NCBI RefSeq assembly: GCF_006345805.1
Contig: NW_021833988.1
Coordinates: 1 to 59,131 of the forward strand
Reading direction: 5' to 3'
DNA length: 59,131 nucleotides
Source: Octopus sinensis
Taxonomy: Eukaryota
Part shown: piece after piece, positions 25,215 through 37,137 of the stretch
How the letters are laid out: each line of letters starts with the position of its first letter
How positions within the stretch are numbered: the first letter of the stretch is position 1
Position numbers and translations under genes: made by a program
The notes under the pieces: generated by a model
What the model saw: only the letters and a program-made list of their open reading frames with translations
Database searches by the model: none
What the model was told of the DNA's origin: nothing

Positions 25215-26165
25215 ATGCGAGGCGGTAGAATCGTTAGCACGCCAGGCAAAATGCTTAGCGGCATTTCATCTTCCTTTACGTTCTGAGTTCAAATTCCGCC
25301 CAGTTCAATAAAATATTGGATTGTCCGGAAAGTTCGTGCCGCTTTTTAAAAGAAAGAAAAAGGCCAATAAATACTTGCCATTACATTTTTAATCAAGGTT
25401 AACAAAAGTAGTACCATCATAAGGCATGGGTTTAGTGGATGTTTGCCAGGGACTTCCGGGAGTCTAAGGGCCCAATTCTAATCTATATATTCTGTGATTT
25501 CCTGGCAATAGATATTCGGTTGTCCGGAAAGTTCGTGCCGATTTTTAAAGGAAAGAAAACGGTCAATAAATACTTGCCATTACATTTTTAATCAATCAAA
25601 TATGAACCATTTTGTTGTACAATGCGTCTCCATCTTCCCTTTAATTTGAAAATATCCTCTTCCCAGAATTGAGGTGGTTTCATGGCAAAGAATTCATCCA
25701 AGGAATTGATATTTTTTTCCATTAAGACTATTCTGCAGAGACCTGAATAAGTAGAAATCTGAAGGAGCAATATCAGTTGAATATGGAGGGTGGGGTAACA
25801 CATCCCAGCCGAGCTGCAACAATTTTTGTTTGGTTCCCAAAGCATCAAGTGCCGAAAATAAACTTTCTTATCTTCCATTTTAAAGGGTTACAGAATTAAC
25901 ACAGATTATAAGAACATGAACCTTCTTCCACGAAAATATAGCTTACACTGTGCTCTAAATGGAGATTTAGTCAAATCGTATTATATAGACTCAACCATGT
26001 TCTAAAATAAGTCGAAAGGTAAGCTACAATAAATCGGCACGAACTTTCTGGACAACCCAATAAGTACTCAGCTCAATAAAATAAGTACCAGTTGAGTACT
26101 GGGATAGATGTAATCGACTCAACCCTCCTTCGAGATTGTTGGCCCTGTGCCAAAATTTGAAACCA
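25215..26165 (+). mobile_element. SINE family A split by a mariner insertion
   Basis: Head and B box at 25215-25313; body resumes at about 26063 (caataaaataagtaccagttgagtactggg). Confidence 0.75.
25316..26060 (-). mobile_element. Internally deleted mariner (Tc1/mariner) with a duplicated end
   Basis: TIR ttg/cg.ttgtccggaaagttcgtgccg at 25316 and 25515, and its reverse complement at 26031-26060, each bounded by TA. ORF 25588..25878 carries the transposase C-terminus (FFAMKPPQFWEEDIFKLKGRWRRIVQQNGSY), with frameshifted YSPDLAP-region remnants upstream. Confidence 0.92.
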
Positions 26166-27689
26166 TCATTAAGCTGGTGTTAGGAACATAATTTAAAATA
26201 TAATTTTGGAATCTTTTTATTTAAATTATTCTAACCTTTTTTGTTGAAATACACTTTGTTTGAATTAACTGCAAAAATTTTGAAGAATTCAGAAAATAAT
26301 TTTGTCATTACCAAACTGGCTTTTCGGAACATTAACACGAAATTTAGAGTTTTAATTGGAAGTTTTAATTGGAAGTTTGTCTTGTAAAACCAGAAACTGT
26401 ACCGAAATTATTTACCTGTTCGTAGCATATTTCTTTTGAAATATATTCCGTTTCTTTTAATTAATTTTGCAAATAATGTATGAGTGGAGAAAAATAAAAG
26501 ATGGATGGTGATGGTCATATTTAGGTCTGCCTATTCCTGGTTTACCTGGGGCTAAACAACATCCTTATAAGTACCGATGTTTCCTTTTGTGTCTTTTTTT
26601 TTTAGGCTGTTATTTGTACGACGTAGAATAGTGTCTCAATCTGCCGTTGTATTCTATTAATAATGGTCTCCGCCTCCCCCACTTCGATTATAGATCAGTA
26701 AAAACAGAAAAATTAGTTCGCTTACAGACAATATTTTATTATTTATAGCTACGTCATCAATGACCTTTTCAAACATGGTATTTAGCAGATCTCCTGGTTG
26801 TCAATATTCTCTGTCGGCCATTGATCGACGTCAAAACGAGGCTTTATATATATATATATAAACAAAACATTTCCAATAATGTGGCAAGTAAAATAAAGGA
26901 AATGTCAATCCTCCCACGTTTTAACAAGGATCCATTGAGACATTTATGAAGGAGATCTAGTGTTTCTAGTCCTCCTCTGCTACGTGATAAACATCTCCCT
27001 GGACGGGACGCTAACCTGCAGAAAGTTAAGTTCCTCTCTAACTGGCTGAGTGCTTGTTTGTTGGCTGACTGGATGTAAAGTCTCCTATTAAAAGTTTGAG
27101 CGTGGGATTGTCTCGTTTTTTTTTTTGTTTGTTTGTTTCGTCTCTCTGTTCTGAGTTCGAATTCTATCGAATCAACTTTGCTTTCCGTCTTTTTTTCGGT
27201 GGGGGCGGTCGCGGAGCTGTACAAATATTAGACCGGATGCTTTGCAGTATTGGTCGTGTGTTCAAATTCCGTCATGGCCTGCATGAGCAGTAGTAATAAG
27301 CTGTCACCCGATTTCACGCTACCAGTTGGGTGTCTTCAGTGTCTTTAGGCCAAGTTCAAGCATTCGGACCACGGATCGGATTTTCGCTCTTTCTTTCTCT
27401 TTTCCCTCCCTCTCTCTCTCCCTCCCTCATTCTCTCCCCTCATTCTCTCCCCTCTCTCTCCCCTTTCTTCTCTCTCTCCTCTCTCTCCCTCCCTCCCTCC
27501 CTCTCTCTCTCCTTTTTTCTTTTCCTCTCTCTTTCTTTCTCTCTCTCTCTCTTCCTTTCTCTTTCTTTCTCTCACTACTTTCTCTCTTCTCTCTTGACTA
27601 AAAGATTTTTAAAAACTATTTCAGTGTATGGCTCACAACCGCTATGTCCTCTTCGTAACTTTGCTACCACAGCTAAAATGAGCTCTCAC

Positions 27690-27799
27690 CTGATGCTCAT
27701 CTGAATCGCTCGTTTCGCCCCTGATCCCTTGTACTGTGTCCATCCATAAACTCCATATTGACCATTTTCTCCTGTCCATCCTAATCAGAACTTTCCTTT
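27690..27799 (-). CDS. Probable internal exon (110 nt) of an unidentified minus-strand gene; coding status uncertain
   Basis: Minus: ttctttttctttttcttgcAG|AAAGGAAAG...GAGCATCAG|GTGAGA. Strong acceptor and donor in unique sequence. One frame is open throughout (RKVLIRMDRRKWSIWSLWMDTVQGIRGETSDSDEHQ). Product not recognised. Confidence 0.5.
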
Positions 27800-28952
27800 C
27801 TGCAAGAAAAAGAAAAAGAACACGCATTTCAATTTCTTTCGGGCTGCAATTATTTTCTATCTCTGAGAAATGTCTTGTTTTATAAAGTGTTTGATTAATT
27901 TACCTCGGATTATTTCATGCTGATGATTTCCAAAAAGAATGAAATCGTGGTGTACTTGATTGGCAAAGATTAGACATTTTAAGAACTTTGTAATAAGTAA
28001 GCAAATTTCTAATCTCGCCAAATATGAAAAAAAAATGAAAAACTTTCGTTGTATTAGCTGTCTGCTGGAGGATCCCACGCATCGCCATGGAACTGTTTGA
28101 GAAATATAATTCGCATCAATCTTTTCCGATGGCCTTTGAAAGCTAAGGACACAACCCTTTCTTCAGAACATATATTTAGTAACAAAGACGTTACTAACTA
28201 TATGTTAATCATGGTTTTTCTGGGTGGGTTGAAAAAATGTTGCCGAGCAAACGGCCAACAAGGGCGACAATCTAGAAGTAATGGCGCCGATGATGTACGA
28301 TTGAGAGCTTCGTTAGTAATGTAGACACCTCGAGGAGGATCGGATACGTCGGCTTAAAAGAAAAGAGGGTTTTAATGTGTAACGGGATAACTGGTTTGGC
28401 CTCAAATCATGAAATCATGGGTAAATGAGAATCTTTACGTTCATATGAGAAGCATTTCGTTTGGTCATGACATCGATATGCGTGGCGGGGGAATAGGGGA
28501 GAGGTGATGCTCTTTTCTTGTCTTTCAAAAGTCACCAAACGTCTTAGTTTGCTGTGATTTTTGCCAAGTTGTTTGATATCACATCACTTAATTCGTGTTT
28601 AGGTAAGGGATAGTCTCAGTATTAGATTTCCTATAGTTTACACATTACGTATGAACAAATTCAGACAGCGACTCGTCACATCTCTGGCCAATGTAACCAT
28701 ACACACGAAAGGGTACACGCGCGTTCGTCATGAGAAACATAAAATTTAATCTCTCTCGTGTGAGTGTGTGATGAATTCTTTTGTCTCATTTACTAATTTC
28801 GATCATTGGAGCGTGGTCATACTGGAGCACCATCTACTGGAAATTTTACCGAATCATATCCACCTCAGTACATACTTCGGCTTTTTTTACCGGACTCATT
28901 TTTTATCGAACAGGTACGCTACCTTTATCTTTACATTAACACACACATAAAT

Positions 28953-28996
<44 letters not shown>

Positions 28997-29141
28997 TTTA
29001 TCTTTTACTTGTTTCAGTCATTAGACTTCGGCCATGCTGGGGCACAGCCTTGAGGAATTTTAGACAAACGAATCGACCCCAGTACTTGAATTTTTAAGCT
29101 TGGTCCTTATTCTATCAGTCGGTTTTTCCGAAATGCTAAGT

Positions 29142-29172
<31 letters not shown>

Positions 29173-29219
29173 CACCACACACACCACACACACCACACAC
29201 ACACACACAACACAAACAC

Positions 29220-29262
<43 letters not shown>

Positions 29263-29269
<7 letters not shown>

Positions 29270-29473
29270 TGCTAAAAAGTTCCTGGTTTTGGGTAAAATA
29301 AAATATAGGAGGATTAATTATGATTTTATTTAATACATTCCCGTCTCGGATTCACGCTTATTGCAGCGGTCCTTCAGTTTTTCTAAGCCCTGTAAAAGAA
29401 CTCGGAAGGTTGGACCTCGAACAAGTCCTTTCGCGATACTTTTATAGCGAGGAACTTTTCAGCAATTTTTCGT
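29263..29473 (-). mobile_element. Mariner-derived MITE
   Basis: Ends gagagtgctaaaaagttcctgg and cgaggaacttttcagca. Interior is the reverse complement of 50139-50306 (mariner C-terminus/3' end). Confidence 0.75.
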
Positions 29474-29802
29474 GTGTGTTTGTACACACACACACACACA
29501 CACTTCTTTCAGCTCCTGTCAGCGAAATCCATTCGTAAGGCTTCGGTCGGCTCGGGGCAAAGACACTTGCCCAAGGTGCCTTGCACTGGGACTGAGCCAG
29601 GAAGCGAACTTCTTACCAGACAGCCACGCCTGCACCTGTGTGTGTATGTGTGTCCCAAACAACTTGTTTATACTATGAGAGGTAGGCCGATGGATTTACG
29701 GAATGATTTGTGTTTTCCTCGTTCGAATCAGATGACAGGATTACGCACCAGTACAACCCGGAGGGATTAAACGCGTATTATCAATGATTCTGATTATCTA
29801 TA

Positions 29803-30190
29803 CTCTTTTACTTGTTTCAGTCATTTGACTGCGGCCATGCTGGAGCACCGCCTTTAGTCGAGCAAATCGAACCCGGAACTTATTCTTTGTAAGCCCAGTA
29901 CTTATTCTATCGGTCTCTTTTGCCGAACTGCTAAGTGACGGGGACGTAAACACACCAGGATCGGTTGTCAGGCAATGCTAGGGGGACAAACACAGACACA
30001 CATACATATATACATATACATATATACGACAGGCTTCTTTCAGTTTCCGTCTACCAAATCCACTCACAAGGCATTGGTCGGCCAGGGGCTATAGCAGAAG
30101 ACACTTGCCCAAGATGCCACGCAGTGGAACTGAACCCGGAACCATGTGGTTGGTTAGCAAGCTACTTACCACACAGCCACTCCTGCGCCT
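29803..30190 (-). mobile_element. SINE family B, full length
   Basis: Complete match to the B consensus from the tail (tactcttttacttgtttcagtcatttgactgc) to the head (ccacacagccactcctgcgcct). Confidence 0.95.
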
Positions 30191-30621
30191 ATGTTGACTT
30201 TGGCGGGATTTGAACTCGGATAGTAAAGAATCCGAACAAATACTGAAAAAGCATTTTGTTTCTCGCTCTAACGAATCTTCTAATTAATCGCCCCTTTTAA
30301 TAAGAGTAATTCCGTTGGACTTGTTCTTGTACATATTTTGAACCAGTTATATTTAAGACATTCACTGACGGAAGAGAAAACGAAAAGAAAAATGGAGTCC
30401 ATTTCTACGATGGAAATAACTCAGTTTTCAAGAAACTAATAAATAAACCAATGTTATTATATGAACATCTGATATTATCCTTTTTAGAAGAGCTGAAAAT
30501 TTTGGGGAGGGCTCTTATATATAAGGGGCTCCACCCAAAATAAGAGAATAAGGAAATACACATGTTTTACGGAGTTATGCATGTAGGAAGGTATGAGTGT
30601 GTACGTATGTGTGAGTGTGTG

Positions 30622-30795
30622 TTTTTTGCGATGGTTTGAGAAGCAGTGATGACAATTCTGTAAATATTTTATAAACTATCACCGTGTATTGACGAAAAAA
30701 GATCGTGTAAATATTGGGGCATATAAGCCCTCTACGGAAAAAAGTGGGTTTTCCGAGGTAATACAATTGTTCTGAAGAATATACTAGTCTGGTTA
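30622..30795. repeat. Left arm of a long-range inverted repeat (partner 34701-34872)
   Basis: About 170 bp, roughly 90 percent identical by eye to the reverse complement of 34701-34872. Confidence 0.9.
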
Positions 30796-30866
30796 AGAAT
30801 ATACTAGTTTGGAATAAGGATAAGGCACAAAACAAATTGGGAGCAATATGGCCTTCTATTATTATT

Positions 30867-31073
30867 AAAGCGGCGAGCTGGCAGAGTTTTTAGCACGCTC
30901 AATGCTTACAGGTGTCTTATCTGTCACCACGTACTTAGTTCAAATTCCACCGAGGTCAACTTTACCTTTCATCTTTTCAGGGTCGATGAGTAAGAACCAG
31001 TTGAACACAGGTTTCGATCTAATCGATTTATTCTCATCCCTAAAACTGCTGGCCTTGTGCCCAAATTTCAAAC

Positions 31074-31075
<2 letters not shown>
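30867..31075 (+). mobile_element. SINE family A
   Basis: aaagcggcgagctggcagag...tagttcaaattccaccgaggtcaac...ggccttgtgcccaaatttcaaacc, followed by (ATT)n. Confidence 0.88.
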
Positions 31076-31111
<36 letters not shown>

Positions 31112-31115
<4 letters not shown>

Positions 31116-31470
31116 CTCCGCCTAAGCGAAAGCAGAGGTATTATTTTCAGTCGTGGTTGGCCGTAGACAAGATATCTCATGAACTGCTGGATGGATTCGG
31201 ATAAAGCTTTCAGGGATGTTTGGCCTCATGACTGGCACAAGCTGATTAGATTTTGGGATCGATCCTGTACCGGACAAGGATTCTGGATTATTTTCCTTTT
31301 TTTTTTTTTTTACTTAATTTTCGAGAGCAGTCAGGTTCATTTTTAGTATTCTCGTTTGTGAGAGCAATCGAGTTTATTTCAGATATTCTCATTTTAAAAA
31401 TCATCTCTGGCTAATCATTGAGAGGACGTTGGTGTTGCCTTGGTGGAGGTTTGAGCTCTCTGAGTGCTCT
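31112..31470 (+). mobile_element. Non-autonomous Helentron-type element (HINE/DINE-1-like)
   Basis: Subterminal inverted repeats ctccgcctaag (31116-26) and cttggtggag (31439-48); 3' hairpin gagctctctgagtgctc; sits in (TTA)n. Confidence 0.7.
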
Positions 31471-31483
31471 TATTATTATTAAT

Positions 31484-31700
31484 AAGGTAGCAAGGTGGCA
31501 GAATCGTTAGCACATCCGACCAAATACATAGAAATATTTCGTCCGTTTTTGTGTATCGAGTTCAGATTCCGCCAAGGTCGACTTTCCCGTTCATCCTTTC
31601 GGGGTCAATGAAAGAAGTAAGTACCTGTTGAGCACTAAGGTCGAGGTAATCGACTGACCCCTTCTCTCCCAAATATCCGGCCTTGTGCCTATAGAAGAAA
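31484..31700 (+). mobile_element. SINE family A
   Basis: ggtggcagaatcgttagcac...gagttcagattccgccaaggtcgac...ggccttgtgcctatagaag. Confidence 0.88.
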
Positions 31701-31779
31701 ACTATTTTAAAACAAATAGAAGTGTATCCGCACATACCTACATACTTATACTTAAACACACACACATTCATAAATGTAC

Positions 31780-31839
<60 letters not shown>

Positions 31840-32378
31840 CACCATTAATCTCAGAGCACCTTGGAATCTAAACCAGTTGGAACCATAAATAGTCACCTCA
31901 TAAAAAAAAATGGGAGGCAGACAATCAAAATATAAAAAATATATATATATAAATAAACAAAAGTAAGTCCTCTTGACACTGAAAAACTTAAGTGTTAACT
32001 GGCAGTTTACCAGATGTGGAGGACAAGAAGTAGGGGGTGGGGGAGTAGGAAGGGGGGGTGGGAGAAAAGACGGGGGTAAGGAAGTTTCCTTGCGTAACTT
32101 AGTAACAAAACTGCTTGTTCTACATTCGTTTAGACACACAAAAAAAAAAAACTCAATTGCATGCGCACGCGCGCGTGTTCACGTGCACATTCAGACCGAC
32201 ATCCACACACACCACACACACACGTATATAATTTCAAATGCTTGTTGCGTTTTTTTACATTGCTTATATATATATGTGTTGTGTGTGTGTATATGTGTGG
32301 GTACATATGCGTGTGTATATATATATATATATATATGTGTGTATATATATATATATATGTGTATATATATATATATTA

Positions 32379-32409
<31 letters not shown>

Positions 32410-32525
32410 GTGTATATATATATATATATATGTGTATATATATATATATGTGTGTTGTGTAATATATATATATGTGTGTGTGTGTATATATATATATTAT
32501 GTGTGTGTGTGTATATGTATATATT

Positions 32526-32568
<43 letters not shown>

Positions 32569-32914
32569 TTATAAATATATTTGTATGTATATATATATAT
32601 ATGTGTGTGTGTATATATATATATATATATGTATAGGAGAGAGAGTATGTGTGTGTTGTATGTGTATATAGTTAGTGCGTGCACAGACACACGTGTCAGT
32701 GTGTGTGTATAGAAAACTATATATCATCTGTATGTATTCGTGTATGATTATTTGTGGCCGGGGGTGGTGGAGTGATTAGCACGTGTAAGGGTCGGGAAGA
32801 GATCGTGCGTGCGTGTGCGTGCGTAATATATTTTGTAACAGTAATTTTTCTTAATGCATGTAAAATATGATGGATGGCTGACGCTGAAGTTATGACCTCG
32901 GAAGATAGTCATAA

Positions 32915-32959
<45 letters not shown>

Positions 32960-32961
<2 letters not shown>

Positions 32962-33316
32962 CTTTTACTTGTTTGTCATTTGACTGCGGCCATGCTGGAG
33001 CACCGCCTTTAGTCGAACAAATCAACCACAGGACTTATTCTTTGTAAGCCTCTATCTTTCTATCGGCCTCTTTTGCCGAACTGCAAAGTTACAAGGACGT
33101 AAACACACTAGCATCGGTTGTCAAGTGATGACGGGGAGACAAACACAATATACATAATATATACGACGGGCTTCTTTCAGTTTCCATCTACCAAATTCAA
33201 TCACAAGGCTTTGGTCGGCCCGAGGCTATAGTAGATAGTTGTCCAAGGTGCCACACAGTGGGACTGAACCTGGAACCATGTGGTTGGGAAGCAAGCTTCT
33301 TACCACACAGCCACGC
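32960..33316 (-). mobile_element. SINE family B
   Basis: Colinear with 29803-30190. Confidence 0.92.
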
Positions 33317-33324
33317 ATATATAT

Positions 33325-33925
33325 ATGTATGACATTCAGTTTATTTCAAGATTTCTTGCCACTTGAGAAAAAACCGATTTCTAACCTAGATTCAAGATTC
33401 CTTCATTGTACTTTCAACATCAATGACAGGGTATGTATGTATTCTCATGCATATAGTTGCATATCTAGATATGTTCATATATATTTAAATGATTAACTTC
33501 TGGAAAGTTTTACAGATATTTACAGTTCCAGTGATGGATTGGATCTGTAGTCTTCGAATTAGCTTTCTCCTTTCTGATTTTGAGAAGCCTAATTTCTCAA
33601 GATTAGTATTTAGGCAGTGTGTTACATATCCCAAGGCCCCAATAATTACAGGTATAAACCTGAACTTGTAATCTGGATAGAGTAACTGCAGATTTCTCAA
33701 TAGTTCAGTATAGGTGTTCTCTTTTTCACTGATCTTCAGCTTTATGTTAACATCCTCTGGGCAACTAATTCCCACAACTGTGCACAGTTTCTTTTCTCTA
33801 TCCCAAATCATCATATCAGGTATGTTATACTTACATTTTATTGAGGTCTTCACTGGTACAGTCCACCAGTATTCCTTTTTATTATGAGTGGCTATGGCTT
33901 CTACCATATTATGGGTTCTTATTTC
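33325..33925 (-). mobile_element. 5'-truncated non-LTR retrotransposon with restriction-like endonuclease (R4/Dong/NeSL/CRE-type), inactive
   Basis: ORF 33485..33907: YWWTVPVKT...KYNIPDMMIWDREKKLCTVVGISCP...KISEKENTYTELL...FIPVIIGALG is the RLE PD-(D/E)xK domain, with the catalytic E replaced by G. About 160-bp 3' UTR ending aataaactgaatgtcatacata. Confidence 0.92.
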
Positions 33926-34519
33926 TTATGTATGTATGTGTGTGTATTTAATATATGTATATATGATGTTTGTGTGTGTGTTTGTTGAAGGACGGAAGGT
34001 AGAAGTTAAAAGCATAGGCTGGGTTGAAATATGAAAAGTAGAGGTGAAACTACAGTCTGACTCTGAAGACCCTAGAAAATGTGATAAAATAATCAGTATA
34101 ATGAGGAACGAAAAATAAAAGGGGTCGCGGGTGGGGCGTTTTTTTAAACAAATTATTGTTTTACTTGCTTGTTTATATCACCTTTTGTTGTTTTTTAAGA
34201 TTTATTATCTCACCCACTGCTCCATATTCCGGCCTTAACGATCCTCGTTAATTACTATGCCAACTTGATTTGTATTTTAGCTTTTGAGAGGAAAGAAATA
34301 GTAATTTTTGTTTATTTATTGAATTATTATCAATACAAGACAGTTACAGCTGGCCGTGTCAGAGATATCCGAATAGTGATTAACAGAGTATCTGGTAAGG
34401 AGTTGTTAAAATCTCGGACGAGTCATCGGATAATTGATATCCTTTTGACATTTGGTGATACCGCTGGTAGTGTCTGTGTGCAATTCAGCGATACTCTATG
34501 GGACCTTGACAGGTGTTAT

Positions 34520-34630
34520 TCACTCAAGGTCAGAAATGACCTTGGAGCAATCGTTGCTAAGAGATGGTTCACATTACCCCGTACGAGTGCCCCGTTACGG
34601 GATGCAGTTTGAAGCCATACCCAGGACCAA
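34520..34630 (+). mobile_element. Interspersed repeat (LINE-like 3' end), homologous to 47360-47480
   Basis: gacct(t)ggagcaat.gt.gct.agagatggttc.ca...ggatgcagttt.a..c.tacccagg shared by both copies. Confidence 0.6.
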
Positions 34631-34700
34631 GTCCTTCATCTATCGCTAAGCTATGCTACCCGTATATAAGAGCGTGATTACGATGGAACATCTGTGAAGC

Positions 34701-34872
34701 TAACCAGACTAGTATATTCTTCAGAACAACTGTATTACCACGGAAAAGCCACTTTTTCCGTAGAGGGCTTATATGCCCCAATATTGCAAGATATTCTTTT
34801 GTCAATATACGGTGATCGTTTATAAAATATTTACAGAATTGTCATCACTGCTTCTCAAACCATCGCAAAAAA
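34701..34872. repeat. Right arm of the long-range inverted repeat (partner 30622-30795)
   Basis: See partner. Confidence 0.9.
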
Positions 34873-35009
34873 GCCAAATCTGCAAAGCACAAACCATTTT
34901 TTTCTTTTATGCTTACGTAAGGGGTTATACAGTTTGAGGTACTTAATTTGTGCGGTCGTGGTTACGAATACCCTCGATCTTAAAAATACTCATCAGAGCC
35001 GACCTGAGA

Positions 35010-35010
35010 T

Positions 35011-35051
<41 letters not shown>

Positions 35052-35285
35052 AATAACAATAATAACAATAATAATGATAATAATGATAATAATGATAATA
35101 ATGATAATAATGATAATAATGATAATAATAATGATAATAATAATATGATAATAATGATAATAATGATATGATAATAATGATAATAATAATATGATAATAA
35201 TGATAATAATAATAATAATGATGATAATAAATATAATGATAATAATGATGATAATAATAATGATAATGATGATGACAGCAACAAC
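35010..35285. repeat. (AAC)n to (AAT)/(GATAAT)n microsatellite
   Basis: Direct reading. Confidence 0.95.
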
Positions 35286-35635
35286 CCAGCTTTGAAATAA
35301 TTAGAAATACTTCCTAATTACTTGCAATTAACCATCTCTAATTAAAGTACACTATACTCATTGCCATCGCATCCATCCATCCATCCACCCGCCACTCTCT
35401 TTCGCTTCTCTCTCTCCATATATTCTTCAGTCACCTCCTCCGCCGCCGCCGCCGCCGCCGCTGCTGCCATCGCCGCCTTCCCCGTCTCCATCCTTCTTCC
35501 TTCAGTTTGATCCTGCAATTATGTGTAATGGTGCATTAGAATGTAAATAAAATAAATAAATAAACAGATAGACAAAATGAATAAATAAATGCAACAACTA
35601 TGTCTGTGTAATTAACACGTTAAATAGAGACGGGC

Positions 35636-35757
35636 TGATCGGTCGGTCGGTCGGTCGGTCGGCCGGCTGGCTGGCTGGCTGGCTGGATGGCTGGTTGGCT
35701 GGATGGTTGGATGGTTGGATGGATGGATGGATGGATGGATGGTTGGCTGGTTGGATG
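35636..35757. repeat. Tetranucleotide series (GGTC)n-(GGCT)n-(GGAT/GGTT)n
   Basis: Direct reading. Confidence 0.95.
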
Positions 35758-35854
35758 TTCTCAACACTTCATTTTACCTTCAGGGCTTCAAACATATATA
35801 TATATATTTACTTTTTTATTTTACAAATGAAACAAGACAATAAACATGAGACGG

Positions 35855-36100
35855 CGATGGTGGTGGTGGTGGTGGTGAGGGTGAGGGTGGTGGTGGTGGT
35901 GAGGGTGGTGGTGGTGGTGAGGGTGGTGGTGGTGGTGGTGGTGGTGAGGGTGGTGGTGGCGACGATAATGATAGAAGCCATGGTGGTGGTGGTGGTGGCA
36001 GTGGTGGTAGTGGTGGTGGTGAGGGTGGTGGTGGTGGTGAGGGTGGTGGTGGTGAGGGTGGTGGTGGCAGTGGTGGTAGTGGTGGTGGTGGTGGTAATGG
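35855..36100. repeat. Interrupted (GGT)n repeat
   Basis: (ggt)n with gag/gca/gta interruptions. Source of the poly-V/P/H ORFs. Confidence 0.95.
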
Positions 36101-37100
36101 CGAAGGTAAATAGGGGAAGGTAAAAAACAAAAATTAAACAAAAAAAAACCTCAAAAGACGTTATTAAGCAGATTAGGATGAAAAGGAAAAAAAGAAAAAG
36201 AACTGGGTACGTTGTTGAGGGAAGGCGGGGTACCTTTTTCTTTTTGTTGTTGTTGTTTAAGTTCCCCCTTTTGTTTTTTAAATTGGTTTTTGTATATGTT
36301 TTTGCTTTGTTATCTCAAATATTTAGAGTATTTCGTAATATGTTTGTTTGCTTTTGGATTTCTCACCCCCAACCCCGTTTCTCTCAGCCACCCACCCCTC
36401 TTTCTCTGTGTGTGTGTGTGTGTCTCTCTTGCTGTCTTTGTGTCTTTCTTTCCCTCTCTCTTACATTCCCTCTCTTTCTCTCTCTTATTCTTTCTCTCTC
36501 TTATTCTTTCTCTTTTCTCTCTCTTTCTCTCTCTTTCTCTTTTCTCTCACACTTTTTTCTCTTTTTCTCTATCTCTCCCTTTCTCTCTATCTCTCTATAC
36601 CTCTCTTTCTCTCTCTCTCTTCCTCTCTCTTTCTCTCTCTCTCTCTTCCTCTCTCTTTCTCTCTCTCTCTCGCTCTCCTTTACTCTCTCTTCTCCCTCCC
36701 AATCTTTCCCTCTCTCTTACTTTTCTCTTGCTCTTTCTCTTGTTCTCTCTCTTTCTCTCTCTCTCCCCTTTACTCTCTCTTCTCCCTCCCAATCTTTCCC
36801 TCTCTCTTACTTTTCTCTCTCTCTCTCTCTTCCCCTCTCTCTCTCTTCCTCTCTCTCTCTCTCTCTCTCAGAATCTTTTCTTGTCTCTCTTCACTTCGTC
36901 CTTCGTCTTCGGTGTCTTTTTTCCACTTTTCGCTCTTCTTAGAAAAGACATGACGAGTCAAAATGAGACGGACTTTGTGGCGGAGATGGGCAGGTGGTGG
37001 TGGTGGTGTTTGATGGAATAATTTACAAGTATTGAATTCGCCAAGAAACATTACACCCCTTTACTCTGAAAACCAGTCATGGCGGCCCTCGTGTGTGTGT

Positions 37101-37137
<37 letters not shown>

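Noticed and set aside
36943-36993. 51-nt plus-strand exon candidate (KDMTSQNETDFVAEMG)
   Set aside because: The acceptor strength comes from an adjacent CT-rich tract, and the donor (GTGGTG) is the start of a GGT repeat.
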